A model generated the notes under the pieces. That model saw nothing but the letters and a program-made list of their open reading frames with translations, had not been told where the DNA came from and searched no databases. From Promethearchaeota archaeon (GTDB lineage Archaea; Asgardarchaeota; Lokiarchaeia; Sigyniarchaeales; SOKP01), in NCBI GenBank assembly GCA_048938895.1, contig JBHLLU010000021.1, forward strand, positions 1-62,312: 62,312 nucleotides of DNA. Reading direction: 5' to 3'. The position numbers and the translations under genes were made by a program. Shown piece after piece: positions 28,784 through 38,467 of the stretch. Each line of letters begins with the position of its first letter. Within the stretch, counting starts at the first letter, position 1.

Positions 28784-31765
28784 TTGATAGAATTAAAATT
28801 ATCATCACCTTTATCAATTATCAACACCCTAATCACCTTGACATCTCTAACCTTAAACACTGAAAAAATTGAAAAATTAATCTTGAATGGGTATAACGAA
28901 CAAGCTGCAGAAGATATCTTCAAAGTTATTGAACAATATCAAAATCATTATGATAAGGAACTAGTATATAGAACCTTAAGTCTCTTAAACTTAATTTGTG
29001 ATAAATCTCCTTCAATAGCAGAAAGAACTGTAAAAACTGTAAAGAATTTTGTAAATGATTCTGATTCATGGATAAGATTGGTCTCTTTAGAGATATTGTA
29101 TCAAATTAGCATGTTTCGACCAAATCTCTTAATTGATTTAATAAAAAAAATTCGAGGACGCTTATATGATCAAGATCCAACAGTGAGAAGGTTAACCGTA
29201 AAAATTATAGGAAATCTAATATTAACATTGCACATTGATTTAGAAGAAATCCAAGAAATCATTGAAGAATATACAGAAAAATTAATGGATAATGATTGGA
29301 AAGTAAAACTTATTGTAATAAAAGTTATTCAAAAAATATTGAATCAAGATTATACGAAAATAAGAAATTTAGAACCACTATTATCAATGGTAATTATTAA
29401 TCTTCGGGATGAAGATGATGATGTTGCTAAAGCTGCTGCTGAGTTACTAAAGATCCACGGAACATATTTCTTATCAAAAGAAAAATTATTTTATGTTTTA
29501 CTCAACTTACTTTATAATGAAAAAAATCGAGTAAAGGAGTTGGTAATTTGGTTATTTGGAGAAATAGGAAAAGAAAAATCTTCAGAAGTAATTTCAATTA
29601 TCCCAAAATTATTAAATCTCTTAAAAGAAAAAGATTATCGCATCCAATCAAAAGTAATTGAAGCTTTAGTTAATATAGCAGAGAATAATTTTGATCAGAT
29701 TTGGGCTAATCTATTGAATTCAATGTCAGAAACAGGAGATTCTTATTATAGAAATTCTCTTATTAATGCGATTTACCAGTTATGCCAGAAAAACATTACA
29801 GATGATATATTTTCCTATTTATTTGAAGAATTAGAAAATCCATCTGAAAATATTAGAGAAGGAATTGCTCTGGTCATTAAGCGCTTATTTGAAGAATACC
29901 AGATTGAAATTGAAAATGAAATAACTAGAATTTTATACCAATTAGAATCACGATACTGGAGAGAAAGAAAGCAAACGATTAACCTTCTGAATCATTTATG
30001 CTTTGTATTAAAAGACCATAAAATAGCGGTGTGGATTACCATTGAGTTAAATAAATCATTAAAAATCGAAAAAGATCCAGAAGTAAAAGAAGAAATTCTC
30101 TTTACTCTCAATAGTATTAAATCTAACTTCAAAAAGATAGATACTGCTATAGAGAGAATTAATTACGAACTTGAATTATTTCATAGAAAAATAATAAAAT
30201 TTCAAAAAACTCCTGCTCAATTCAGAGAGAAACTAAACGCATATATTGAGAATTTTAAATTTAACGATACAGAAATCCAATTAAACAAAAAATATAGTAA
30301 GATACTAAGAAAGATCAGAAAATTTGATAATCTCATTAATGAATTTGATTATAAAAGGTTAGCCTTTGAGTTAATTGAAGAATGGGAAGACACCAAAGTT
30401 CAAATTATTGAGGAATTAAGCATTATAAAAAGCTTCATTACAGAAATCTGTGAAGAAAAGAAACAAGAATTTATAACTGGTTTACATGAAGAAATTAAAT
30501 TATTAGATCATCGTATGACTATATTGAAAGCTGAGTTTGATTATATAAAAGAAAATGAACTTGAGATGAACGTATCCAAAGGTGAAAACGAAACATTTGC
30601 ATATATCACTCAAGTCAGGAAAAAATTATTCAAATTGGATGGTGAAATAAGAGAACTTTTAATCAATAATGTAGAATTTGATGAATTCTTTAAAAATCTG
30701 TTACAAAAATGGGTATCAATAAAAATAGAAATTCAAGAATATTTAATTGACCTGGATCGACAATTTAAGACTATTAAAGATGATTTAGTTGATTATATGT
30801 TACAAAGTAGATCTATCGGAGATATTTCTGATAGTGAGGAAATCAATGGTATTGATAGCGAACTTAGATTTCAACTCCTTCAAGGACATATTCAGTCGAT
30901 TATTTCAGATAGAATTGAAGGAATTAAAAAGCTAAATGACAATTTTGAAACACTCTATTCTAAACTGGACTTTTTACTTAAGATTAATGAGTTTACTGAC
31001 GGAAAAAAGTTAATTGAAATGAATACTCTTCAGATCCAGAACTATCTTGAAGAAACTGATGACCAAATTGAAAATATTCTAGGTAAAGAAAAATTATTGG
31101 AAGATAATAATATTTTTAACTTATACGTAAGGCCCTATATTACTAAATTTAACAATGCAAAAGAAATTTTAATAAACCAACTTAAAAATTTCATTGAAAA
31201 AGGAGAGGATAAACTCTACCTAAATCAGATTAAGTACTATTCTCGGATTAGTAACCCAATAAAATTGGATTTACTCTCCAAGTTTTTGGATTTAAATCCA
31301 GAACAACTCAAAGAAATTACTCTAAACTATATAAATAGGAATAAATTAGATGCTAAAATAATAAATAACGAACTTTCATTCGAAAAAATTGAATCTGAAA
31401 TTACAGATTCTAAAGATGTTCTCTTCTTTAAAAACATTAAGACTATAGGCAATGAAATTTACTTAAACCTTAAATTAAGTAATCCTACCAATTTTAATTT
31501 CAAAGATTTTCAGATTTCCCTAAAAGTACCAACATATGTCAATATTCAGAAAAAGCAAAGTTATCCAAAATATTTACAATTAAATGAGTTAAAATCCGGT
31601 TCGGCTTTTAAGTTTAATTATGTCCTAAAAATCGATAAACAGAAAGAACTTAAGAAGAACCTTTTCGATCCCTCTGCTGATGAAATAAAACTGGATTTGT
31701 ATTATAGAGATCAGTTCAATAATACAAGAAAAACCACTAAACATATTGATTTATTTATTCCATAA
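28784..31765 (+). CDS. HEAT-repeat protein with helical middle region, PCI-like winged helix and C-terminal beta-sandwich
   Basis: HEAT repeats (DSDSWIR, DQDPTVR, DNDWKVK, DEDDDVA, NPSENIR), then IKLDLLSKFLDL...INRNKLDAKI, then an alternating beta-strand C-terminus. Confidence 0.8.
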   Translation: MIELKLSSPLSIINTLITLTSLTLNTEKIEKLILNGYNEQAAEDIFKVIEQYQNHYDKELVYRTLSLLNLICDKSPSIAERTVKTVKNFVNDSDSWIRLVSLEILYQISMFRPNLLIDLIKKIRGRLYDQDPTVRRLTVKIIGNLILTLHIDLEEIQEIIEEYTEKLMDNDWKVKLIVIKVIQKILNQDYTKIRNLEPLLSMVIINLRDEDDDVAKAAAELLKIHGTYFLSKEKLFYVLLNLLYNEKNRVKELVIWLFGEIGKEKSSEVISIIPKLLNLLKEKDYRIQSKVIEALVNIAENNFDQIWANLLNSMSETGDSYYRNSLINAIYQLCQKNITDDIFSYLFEELENPSENIREGIALVIKRLFEEYQIEIENEITRILYQLESRYWRERKQTINLLNHLCFVLKDHKIAVWITIELNKSLKIEKDPEVKEEILFTLNSIKSNFKKIDTAIERINYELELFHRKIIKFQKTPAQFREKLNAYIENFKFNDTEIQLNKKYSKILRKIRKFDNLINEFDYKRLAFELIEEWEDTKVQIIEELSIIKSFITEICEEKKQEFITGLHEEIKLLDHRMTILKAEFDYIKENELEMNVSKGENETFAYITQVRKKLFKLDGEIRELLINNVEFDEFFKNLLQKWVSIKIEIQEYLIDLDRQFKTIKDDLVDYMLQSRSIGDISDSEEINGIDSELRFQLLQGHIQSIISDRIEGIKKLNDNFETLYSKLDFLLKINEFTDGKKLIEMNTLQIQNYLEETDDQIENILGKEKLLEDNNIFNLYVRPYITKFNNAKEILINQLKNFIEKGEDKLYLNQIKYYSRISNPIKLDLLSKFLDLNPEQLKEITLNYINRNKLDAKIINNELSFEKIESEITDSKDVLFFKNIKTIGNEIYLNLKLSNPTNFNFKDFQISLKVPTYVNIQKKQSYPKYLQLNELKSGSAFKFNYVLKIDKQKELKKNLFDPSADEIKLDLYYRDQFNNTRKTTKHIDLFIP

Positions 31766-31965
31766 ATTATACAAAAGATTTTCTCACTTTTCGATTTTTA
31801 ACATATTCGGAAATTTTATCTTTACCTTATATAACTTTATAAAGAAGAAATTCTTACTTTTTTAGCAAATTTATTCATCTTTTCAATAAATTATATGAAA
31901 AAGATTAATAAATCTACAATTCTAATTTAAAATACTAAATTGTAATAAACTATTTGAGGTGAAAA

Positions 31966-32997
31966 ATGCAAAAGTTGGAAGATTATCGATTGACATTGCA
32001 AACGAAACTATTTGGCTGAAATTGTAAATTATCTGCTGATAAACTTGACAAATTATTATCTAATGTGGGATTAAAAGGTGATATTGAGGATTCTGCTATC
32101 ATACCGGTGCCCAATACTGATCTTATGCTGGTAAAAAATATTGACATATTCACGCCTATTTTGGATGAACCAGAACTTATGGGAGAGATTGCTGCAGCAA
32201 ATGTGACAAACGATATCTATGCTTTGAATGTGCTAGACATTTCTGGAATGCTTGTATTCTTAGGAATGAAGAAGAATATGCCTATACACATTGCTGAAGG
32301 ATTATTAACTGGTATTAAAAATTTCATGGAAAAGAAAATTAATTCGAAGATTCTGGGTGGTCATACTATATATTCTGAATGGCCCCTGATTGGTGGTGAA
32401 GCTTCTGGATTTGTAGATAAAAGTAAGATAATCAAGAAGAATTTTGTTGAAAAAGGAGATGAATTAATTCTAACAAAGCCGGTTGGAAATCAAGCAATAA
32501 TGGCTGCATATCGATTACAAAAAAACAATCCTGCTCTTATAGAAACCTACTCAAAGTCGGAAATTGATGAATCTATTGAATTAGCCATTGAATTAATGGT
32601 GACCCCACTACGAGATGTAGTAGAAGTGGTTCATTCTTACCCTGACGTTAAATTTGTCCATTCAATGACTGATGTTTCTGGATTCGGATTATCTGGACAT
32701 TTGAAAGAAATGCTTCAAAATTCTAGACTCTCAGCGATAATTGAGAAGGTACCGATAATTAAATTAACTAAAGAATTAGCTTATGATTTCGGATACAAAT
32801 TTGATAAATGCGAAATGCCTGAAACGGCAGGAGGAATGCTTATTTCCGTTGATCAAAAACAAGCTCAAGAGTTTTCTGAACGTCTTTCAAAATTCGGAGT
32901 TGATAATTGGATAATAGGGTCAATCAATAATAGACATAAAGCTAAGTTTGTTCACATCTCTAAAGATGTTGAACATATTGAAATATCTAAATTCTAA
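31966..32997 (+). CDS. selD: Selenophosphate synthetase, selenocysteine-containing (copy 1)
   Basis: SD GAGGTG, ATG 31966, then MQKLEDYRLTLQTKLFG-U-NCKL with an in-frame TGA at 32017-32019. DIFTP, GGHT, LTKPVG, TDVSGFGL.GHL and ETAGGML motifs; 343 aa. Confidence 0.93.
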
Positions 32998-33068
32998 TGA
33001 TGTCGATGAAATAAGCGTAAACACATTTTGTGATTGCTTAATGAGAATTCTGTTGTGAAACAGCATCA
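32998..33068 (+). promoter_or_regulatory. Eukaryote-like SECIS element in the selD copy 1 3' UTR
   Basis: Helix I TGATG/CATCA, ATGA core 33006-33009, helix II TAAGC/GCTTA, apical AAA with a CAC/GTG mini-stem, GA at 33043-33044. Confidence 0.88.
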
Positions 33069-33360
33069 AAAAATATTGAAGAATTTAATTCTTTACGATT
33101 TTCTTATTCTTAATAATCTTTTTATCGAAATAATTAATAAATAATATCGAAAAGATTAATTAATAGTAATATTTATAAAATAAAAATTAGTAGATTATGT
33201 AAGACGACTTAAGTATTCAGAAAAATGTTAAGACGGTTAAAAGTTATTTTTCAAAAGTTCAGACAAACCAAATTCTCCTAAACTTAATAAATAAAATAAG
33301 AATTAGTTCAGAGATTATAGAATTTTTCTAACTTCCACAAAAATCAAAAAGATGAGGTGT

Positions 33361-34389
33361 ATGAAAAAAGAACAAGAATATAGATTGACAAAATCTGTTA
33401 AAATCTTTGGATGAAGCTGTAAACTCGGTTCAAATGAATTATATGAATTACTTAAGAAAACAGGTCTAGCAGGAGTCATTGAAGATGCTGCAGTTATTCC
33501 TATTCCGAACTCTGACATCGTACAAGTTAAAAACTTAGACATTTTTACCCCTATCGTTGATGAACCCGATATCATGGGGCAAATTGCTGCCTGTAACGTT
33601 ACAAATGATATTTTTGCAATGAATGTTCCTGAAATATCAGGTATGTTAGTATTTTTGGCAATAAATAAAAAAACACCTATGAAGACTGCTGAAGGAATAC
33701 TCGAGGGAATAAAATATTTTATGGAGAATAAAATAAACTCGAAAGTCGTAGGAGGTCATACAATTTATTCAGAATGGCCATTAATAGGTGGAGAAGCATC
33801 TGGATTTGTGAACAGAAATGCTATTATACATAAACAGGGAGTCAAAAATGGAGATAGGCTATTAATTACTAAACCTATAGGTTTGCAACCTGTTATGGCT
33901 GCATACAGGATTCTAAAAGACATACCAGAAATGCTTGAGACATATTCAGAGAAACAGCTTAAAAAATCAATAAAAATTGCGATAAAAATTATGACAACTT
34001 CAAATCAAGACGTTGTACGAGTTATTCACTCTTTGGAAGATTTTTCATTTATTCACGCTATGACAGACGTTACTGGGTTTGGCTTGGCAGGGCATCTATT
34101 AGAAATGCTCCAAAACTCAAACTTATCTGCTGTAATTGAATCTATTCCTTCTATCAAATTTTCAGAAAGCCTTGCAAAAGATTTAGGATATGCATTTGAT
34201 GAATGTGAATGTGCAGAAACCGCTGGTGGTATGCTTATAGCAATTGATCCCTTGAAAATAGAAGAATTCTCTGAGATCCTCTCAAAAAAGGGAATTCCAA
34301 ATTGGATAGTTGGCACAATTGATACAGTTTCTCCTGAGCTAGTGAGAATATCAGAGGACGTTGAAAATATTGAAATCACAAAATATTAA
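33361..34389 (+). CDS. selD: Selenophosphate synthetase, selenocysteine-containing (copy 2)
   Basis: SD GAGGTG, ATG 33361, then MKKEQEYRLTKSVKIFG-U-SCKL with an in-frame TGA at 33412-33414. Same SelD motifs as copy 1; 342 aa. Confidence 0.93.
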
Positions 34390-34462
34390 CGATGTTAATG
34401 ATATAAGCTAAAACAAATAAAAATGGGCGCTTATGGAAATTTCCACCTGTGAGGTGGCATCG
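34390..34462 (+). promoter_or_regulatory. Eukaryote-like SECIS element in the selD copy 2 3' UTR
   Basis: Helix I CGATG/CATCG, ATGA core 34398-34401, helix II ATAAGC/GCTTAT, apical AAAA, GA at 34436-34437. Confidence 0.88.
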
Positions 34463-34471
34463 GATTATTAT

Positions 34472-35266
34472 TTATTCTCTTTCCTTAATTTCCCCCTTAA
34501 GGTTCAATATAACTTCTCGTAATTCCTCTAATGCTTTATTAATCAGTTCTTCTCCTTTTTCTACATTAAAAGCAGTAATAGAAACTTCAACCAAAACAGA
34601 GAGTCCAATCTTAGGATGAGTTTTAATCCAAAGCTGAGGATATTTTTTCTCTAATTCTGTTGTATAAGGCGCGATTTGACTTTCCCCAATACCCGAGAAA
34701 AGAAAACCTTTCTCAACAAATTTGCCTCTTCTCTCTTTCAAAATGGGATTGATTATATTTCTAAACATTGATTTCATCTCTGCTGGTACCCCTGGGAGGA
34801 CAAAAATTGTAGTATCATTTTCTTTAATTTTAACTCCAGGAGCAGTTCCCACAGTATTTGGTAAGGGAGTAGAGCCTTGAGGGAGATAAGCCATTTTTTT
34901 TCGTTCTTTTGTCATTCCCTGAAGTTTTAAAATTCCTCTTTCATACGCATGCTTGTACGCTTTAGTTATAGATTTAAGAGCATGTTCATTTAATTCCAGT
35001 TTCCTATCTAAACCTTTAGCTATACCTTCTAAGGTCATATCATCAAATGTAGGACCAAGTCCTCCTGACGTAATGATTAAATCTGGTTTTCGTTTCAATA
35101 TTTCTTTTAATGAAGTAGAAATTACACTCAAGTCATCCTGTATACTTGTTATTCTTCTTAGATTGTGACCGTAACGAGCAATTCTTTTTGCCATCCAATT
35201 TGAATTGCTATCAAGGGTTTTTCCAATTAAAATCTCATTCCCGATAACTAATATCTCTACTTCCAT
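34472..35266 (-). CDS. CinA-like / molybdopterin-binding (MoCF) domain protein
   Basis: IGNEILIG..LDSN, SGGLGPTFDDMT, GTAPG, LPGVPAEM and GESQIAP motifs. Confidence 0.9.
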   Translation of the reverse strand: MEVEILVIGNEILIGKTLDSNSNWMAKRIARYGHNLRRITSIQDDLSVISTSLKEILKRKPDLIITSGGLGPTFDDMTLEGIAKGLDRKLELNEHALKSITKAYKHAYERGILKLQGMTKERKKMAYLPQGSTPLPNTVGTAPGVKIKENDTTIFVLPGVPAEMKSMFRNIINPILKERRGKFVEKGFLFSGIGESQIAPYTTELEKKYPQLWIKTHPKIGLSVLVEVSITAFNVEKGEELINKALEELREVILNLKGEIKERE

Positions 35267-35409
35267 TTCTTATCAAACCAAGAGCAATCTAATCCTTAAA
35301 ACTTTTTAATTTCAATCATTTTACTTTACAATTTAATTATATAAAACTTGAAATTTATTAATTAATTTAACCAATTACCTTTCAATTGAAAAGTTACTAT
35401 TGAAAATTA

Positions 35410-35967
35410 ATGACAATAGAAATTGATGATGCAGGTACAGGAGATCTTGTAGGAGATGCCTTTATAGGGTTTTTAAGAAAGGAATCAGGTGAACTCGTTT
35501 TTAAAACTTTATCCGTTGATTTATTTAAGGGAGAAAACTGGAAAAATAAAAAACCATTTAAAGAAGTAGTTCAATCAGTTAAAGAAGGATTAAAAGAATT
35601 GAAGTTCCAAAAAGATAGTGAACTAGTTCAATTATGTAGGGGGAATATTTTTGATAATGTAAGAGCTTATTTTTTAGAGGAAGGGATTAATTACGAAGAT
35701 GCTATTGTAGAAGGTACACTTCAAAATGCTGTTGAAGGAAAATTAATTGAACATCTTCGTAATGATTTAAATGTAAGATCACGGAATCTTACCAAGAAAT
35801 CGGGGGCAAAGCGATTCTTTGTTTTATTTAACTGGGTTTGTTATGATTTCTTTAACAGAGAAAAATATGTGAAGTCCGGATTTAAGAAATGGAATTCCGT
35901 CTGGAGAGAAAGAGCAATTGAGAAATATAACAAAATAAAAACACAAAAAAAAAAGAAGAAATCATAA
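35410..35967 (+). CDS. Hypothetical protein with RNase H-like N-terminus
   Basis: IEIDDAGTG resembles the RNase HII GIDEAGRG motif; basic C-terminus. Confidence 0.55.
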   Translation: MTIEIDDAGTGDLVGDAFIGFLRKESGELVFKTLSVDLFKGENWKNKKPFKEVVQSVKEGLKELKFQKDSELVQLCRGNIFDNVRAYFLEEGINYEDAIVEGTLQNAVEGKLIEHLRNDLNVRSRNLTKKSGAKRFFVLFNWVCYDFFNREKYVKSGFKKWNSVWRERAIEKYNKIKTQKKKKKS

Positions 35968-37620
35968 TTTTCTTAATCTATACCGAGCTAACCCTAATAT
36001 ACCCAAACCAATAAGAATTCCTCCAGGAATAACCATACCAAGTTTAATTGAATTACTAAATGTTCTTGAATCTGAGGGTAAATTCATATCTTCTTGAGCT
36101 AAATAAGGCATCAATTTTTCTCTGAACTCAGGTAACCAATCTAATATCATATTTAATTCATTGTTTCTTAAATAATTATTCTCTAAGAGATCGAATCTTA
36201 CTGGAGTAAACGGATCTTCTACTAAATTATACCACTTCTTTAATCCTTTTTTGTTTACTAATGAATATTCATTTGAACTATCCCAAAGAGCTTCTGCTGA
36301 TTTTAGAAGCATATTAGTTCGTAAAACAGCTAACTCTTTACCTTGATAACCCACTTCAAACCCATATTTAATCCCTCCTTTTAAAGGGAGAGGAAATCCA
36401 AAAGGATAAAGTACTCTACCATCAACTGTACCATTAGCCCATTGTTCCAATAATAAAACTCTAGCGTATTCTGTGATATTCATACCTACTCCATCAGGGG
36501 GTGGAAGTTTCATAAGTTCTGGAACAATATTCTCTTTAAATGATTCGTCAAACAGCCAAAAAAGAATCATATCTATTTGAGATTGAGTTAAATTGAATTC
36601 ATTCATTAAAGACACCCTTATCGTAGTGTTAGTTTTTGCACTTATCCAAGTGTTGATACCTGTATCATTTGTTAGAGCATTTGGATAATTCACCTCATCA
36701 AAAAGAGCATAAGCAACTTTTCTTGTAATATTCGAAGGGGTTAGGCGACCAACTTCAAATCCAACAAGACTTTCATTTACACCTTCAATCAATTCACTAA
36801 AATCTATTCCATCTTCATATAAAATCGAATTCAAAATTGTTCCGTTCGCCCATTGTTCCAAAAGAAGAGCCTTCCCTATCGCTTCTACAGAATTAAGTCC
36901 ACTTAACTGTGGCATATATTCAGCATGAAGATCAAAAGCAATTAATAGAGGAATAATACTATTGATTAAATAGTTTGTAATATATCCTTCAAGTTTCGAG
37001 AGTTGTAACCATGTGCAATTATAGTTTTCTTGCATAGTTATGTTGAGATCATTATTAGAGCTAGAATTAGCTTTATTGAATTGATCTAGAAACATCGCAA
37101 CACCAGCACCAGTAGATGTATCATTCAAGAATCCTAAAATTCCCGGTATGTATCCTGGAACTCTAGTGCTATTTCCATATAATAGTCGATTTTGAGCATC
37201 TTCCGTGAAACTTAGGTTTATTCCGTAATTCTTCGATACACCCTGAAGAATGAACCATGTCCCATCAGTATGGTTGTTGAAGAAGTTTTCTAATCCTAAA
37301 GGATCATACCATATATCTGAAACATTTCCACCTGTTACTGCCATTATCTCCATTAATACTGCCACAAATGTCATTTCAACCATCTCTCCCACAACTGAGA
37401 TTCCTGTATCTCTAATTCCTCTTAACGTTCTGGGTATTCCCATCTCTTTAATCATTGGTTCAACCATTGGAATCGCTTCCTCTTCAATGCCTAGTAATCC
37501 CTCATCAACAGAATTATAGACAGTTTCATTGATATAATTTTCAATAAGCATTCCTCCAGGAATTATACTAGTTCCTATAGCGAGCGCTACCACAGAAATA
37601 ATAAGCATTTTTTTAGACAT
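35962..37620 (-). CDS. Membrane-anchored repeat glycoprotein (N- and C-terminal TM)
   Basis: Hydrophobic termini, many NxS/T sequons and two LLEQWANGT repeats; paralog of 56530-59415. Confidence 0.8.
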   Translation of the reverse strand: MSKKMLIISVVALAIGTSIIPGGMLIENYINETVYNSVDEGLLGIEEEAIPMVEPMIKEMGIPRTLRGIRDTGISVVGEMVEMTFVAVLMEIMAVTGGNVSDIWYDPLGLENFFNNHTDGTWFILQGVSKNYGINLSFTEDAQNRLLYGNSTRVPGYIPGILGFLNDTSTGAGVAMFLDQFNKANSSSNNDLNITMQENYNCTWLQLSKLEGYITNYLINSIIPLLIAFDLHAEYMPQLSGLNSVEAIGKALLLEQWANGTILNSILYEDGIDFSELIEGVNESLVGFEVGRLTPSNITRKVAYALFDEVNYPNALTNDTGINTWISAKTNTTIRVSLMNEFNLTQSQIDMILFWLFDESFKENIVPELMKLPPPDGVGMNITEYARVLLLEQWANGTVDGRVLYPFGFPLPLKGGIKYGFEVGYQGKELAVLRTNMLLKSAEALWDSSNEYSLVNKKGLKKWYNLVEDPFTPVRFDLLENNYLRNNELNMILDWLPEFREKLMPYLAQEDMNLPSDSRTFSNSIKLGMVIPGGILIGLGILGLARYRLRKL

Positions 37621-37752
37621 ATTTCACCCTTGACAATTAATGATCAACATTAATACTGATCAATATTTTATTATATTGATCTTTTGATAGATTAATATAT
37701 AAATATTTCCTTTGAAAGTTACTGAATACCAGATGTTAACGTCTCTTGGTGG

Positions 37753-38457
37753 ATATGTCTTACGTCTAATAAAAAAAATACAATAAATCATGAATTTGCA
37801 ATTTTAGAATGTATTAGAGATAATCCTGGTGGAGTTACAGTATCGGATATAGCTAACTTTACCAAATTTTCTAGAAATACTATCTCAAAATACGTTTCTA
37901 TATTAGAACTTAAAGATCAGATTTTCAGTAAGAAAATAGGAGCGTATAAGTTATTCTTTGCTACTAAAAGAAGCTATATCCCTTTAGAACTGGCTATATC
38001 ATATTATAAAGCGTTGATTTCTCGTTTTAAGAAATATATTCCAGAAACAGAGGGATTAGCAAAAAAAATTGGAAAGGAAGCTGTTAAAGATATAAAGTTT
38101 ACCTTCGGACCAAATATTTTAAAACAGATGAGAAGCATAAAAGATAATCCAATTTCAAGAGTACATTTGGAGAGTTTCAAAAGTTTTTATCCCGTATATG
38201 ACCCTTTTTCACCTGAGATTGAAATTTCTATTATTAACATTGATCCGAAAGGAAAAAGTGCTACTTTTAGATTTAAAAATTCCCCATTTTTATTTAATTC
38301 TAAGGATTTTGATTATCACATTTATATAATTGCAGGTATTACTGAAGGTATTCTTGAAAGAGAATTGAACACAAATGTTTCCTGTGAAGTTATAGAAATC
38401 CATCCTTCAAATGTGAAACAAGATGCATTTTTTGACATTCGTATCAAACTATCATAA
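37753..38457 (+). CDS. Winged-HTH transcription regulator with V4R-like C-terminal domain
   Basis: The frame is open from 37726 and encodes ILECIRDNPGGVTVSDIANFTKFSRNTISKYVSILE...KKIGAYKLF (wHTH) upstream of the track's TTG at 38014. The exact start is uncertain. Confidence 0.75.
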   Translation: MCLTSNKKNTINHEFAILECIRDNPGGVTVSDIANFTKFSRNTISKYVSILELKDQIFSKKIGAYKLFFATKRSYIPLELAISYYKALISRFKKYIPETEGLAKKIGKEAVKDIKFTFGPNILKQMRSIKDNPISRVHLESFKSFYPVYDPFSPEIEISIINIDPKGKSATFRFKNSPFLFNSKDFDYHIYIIAGITEGILERELNTNVSCEVIEIHPSNVKQDAFFDIRIKLS

Positions 38458-38467
38458 TTAAATGCTC

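Noticed and set aside
32017-33414. selD copies as nonsense pseudogenes
   Set aside because: The TGA sits at the catalytic Cys/Sec position in both paralogs, and each has a SECIS.
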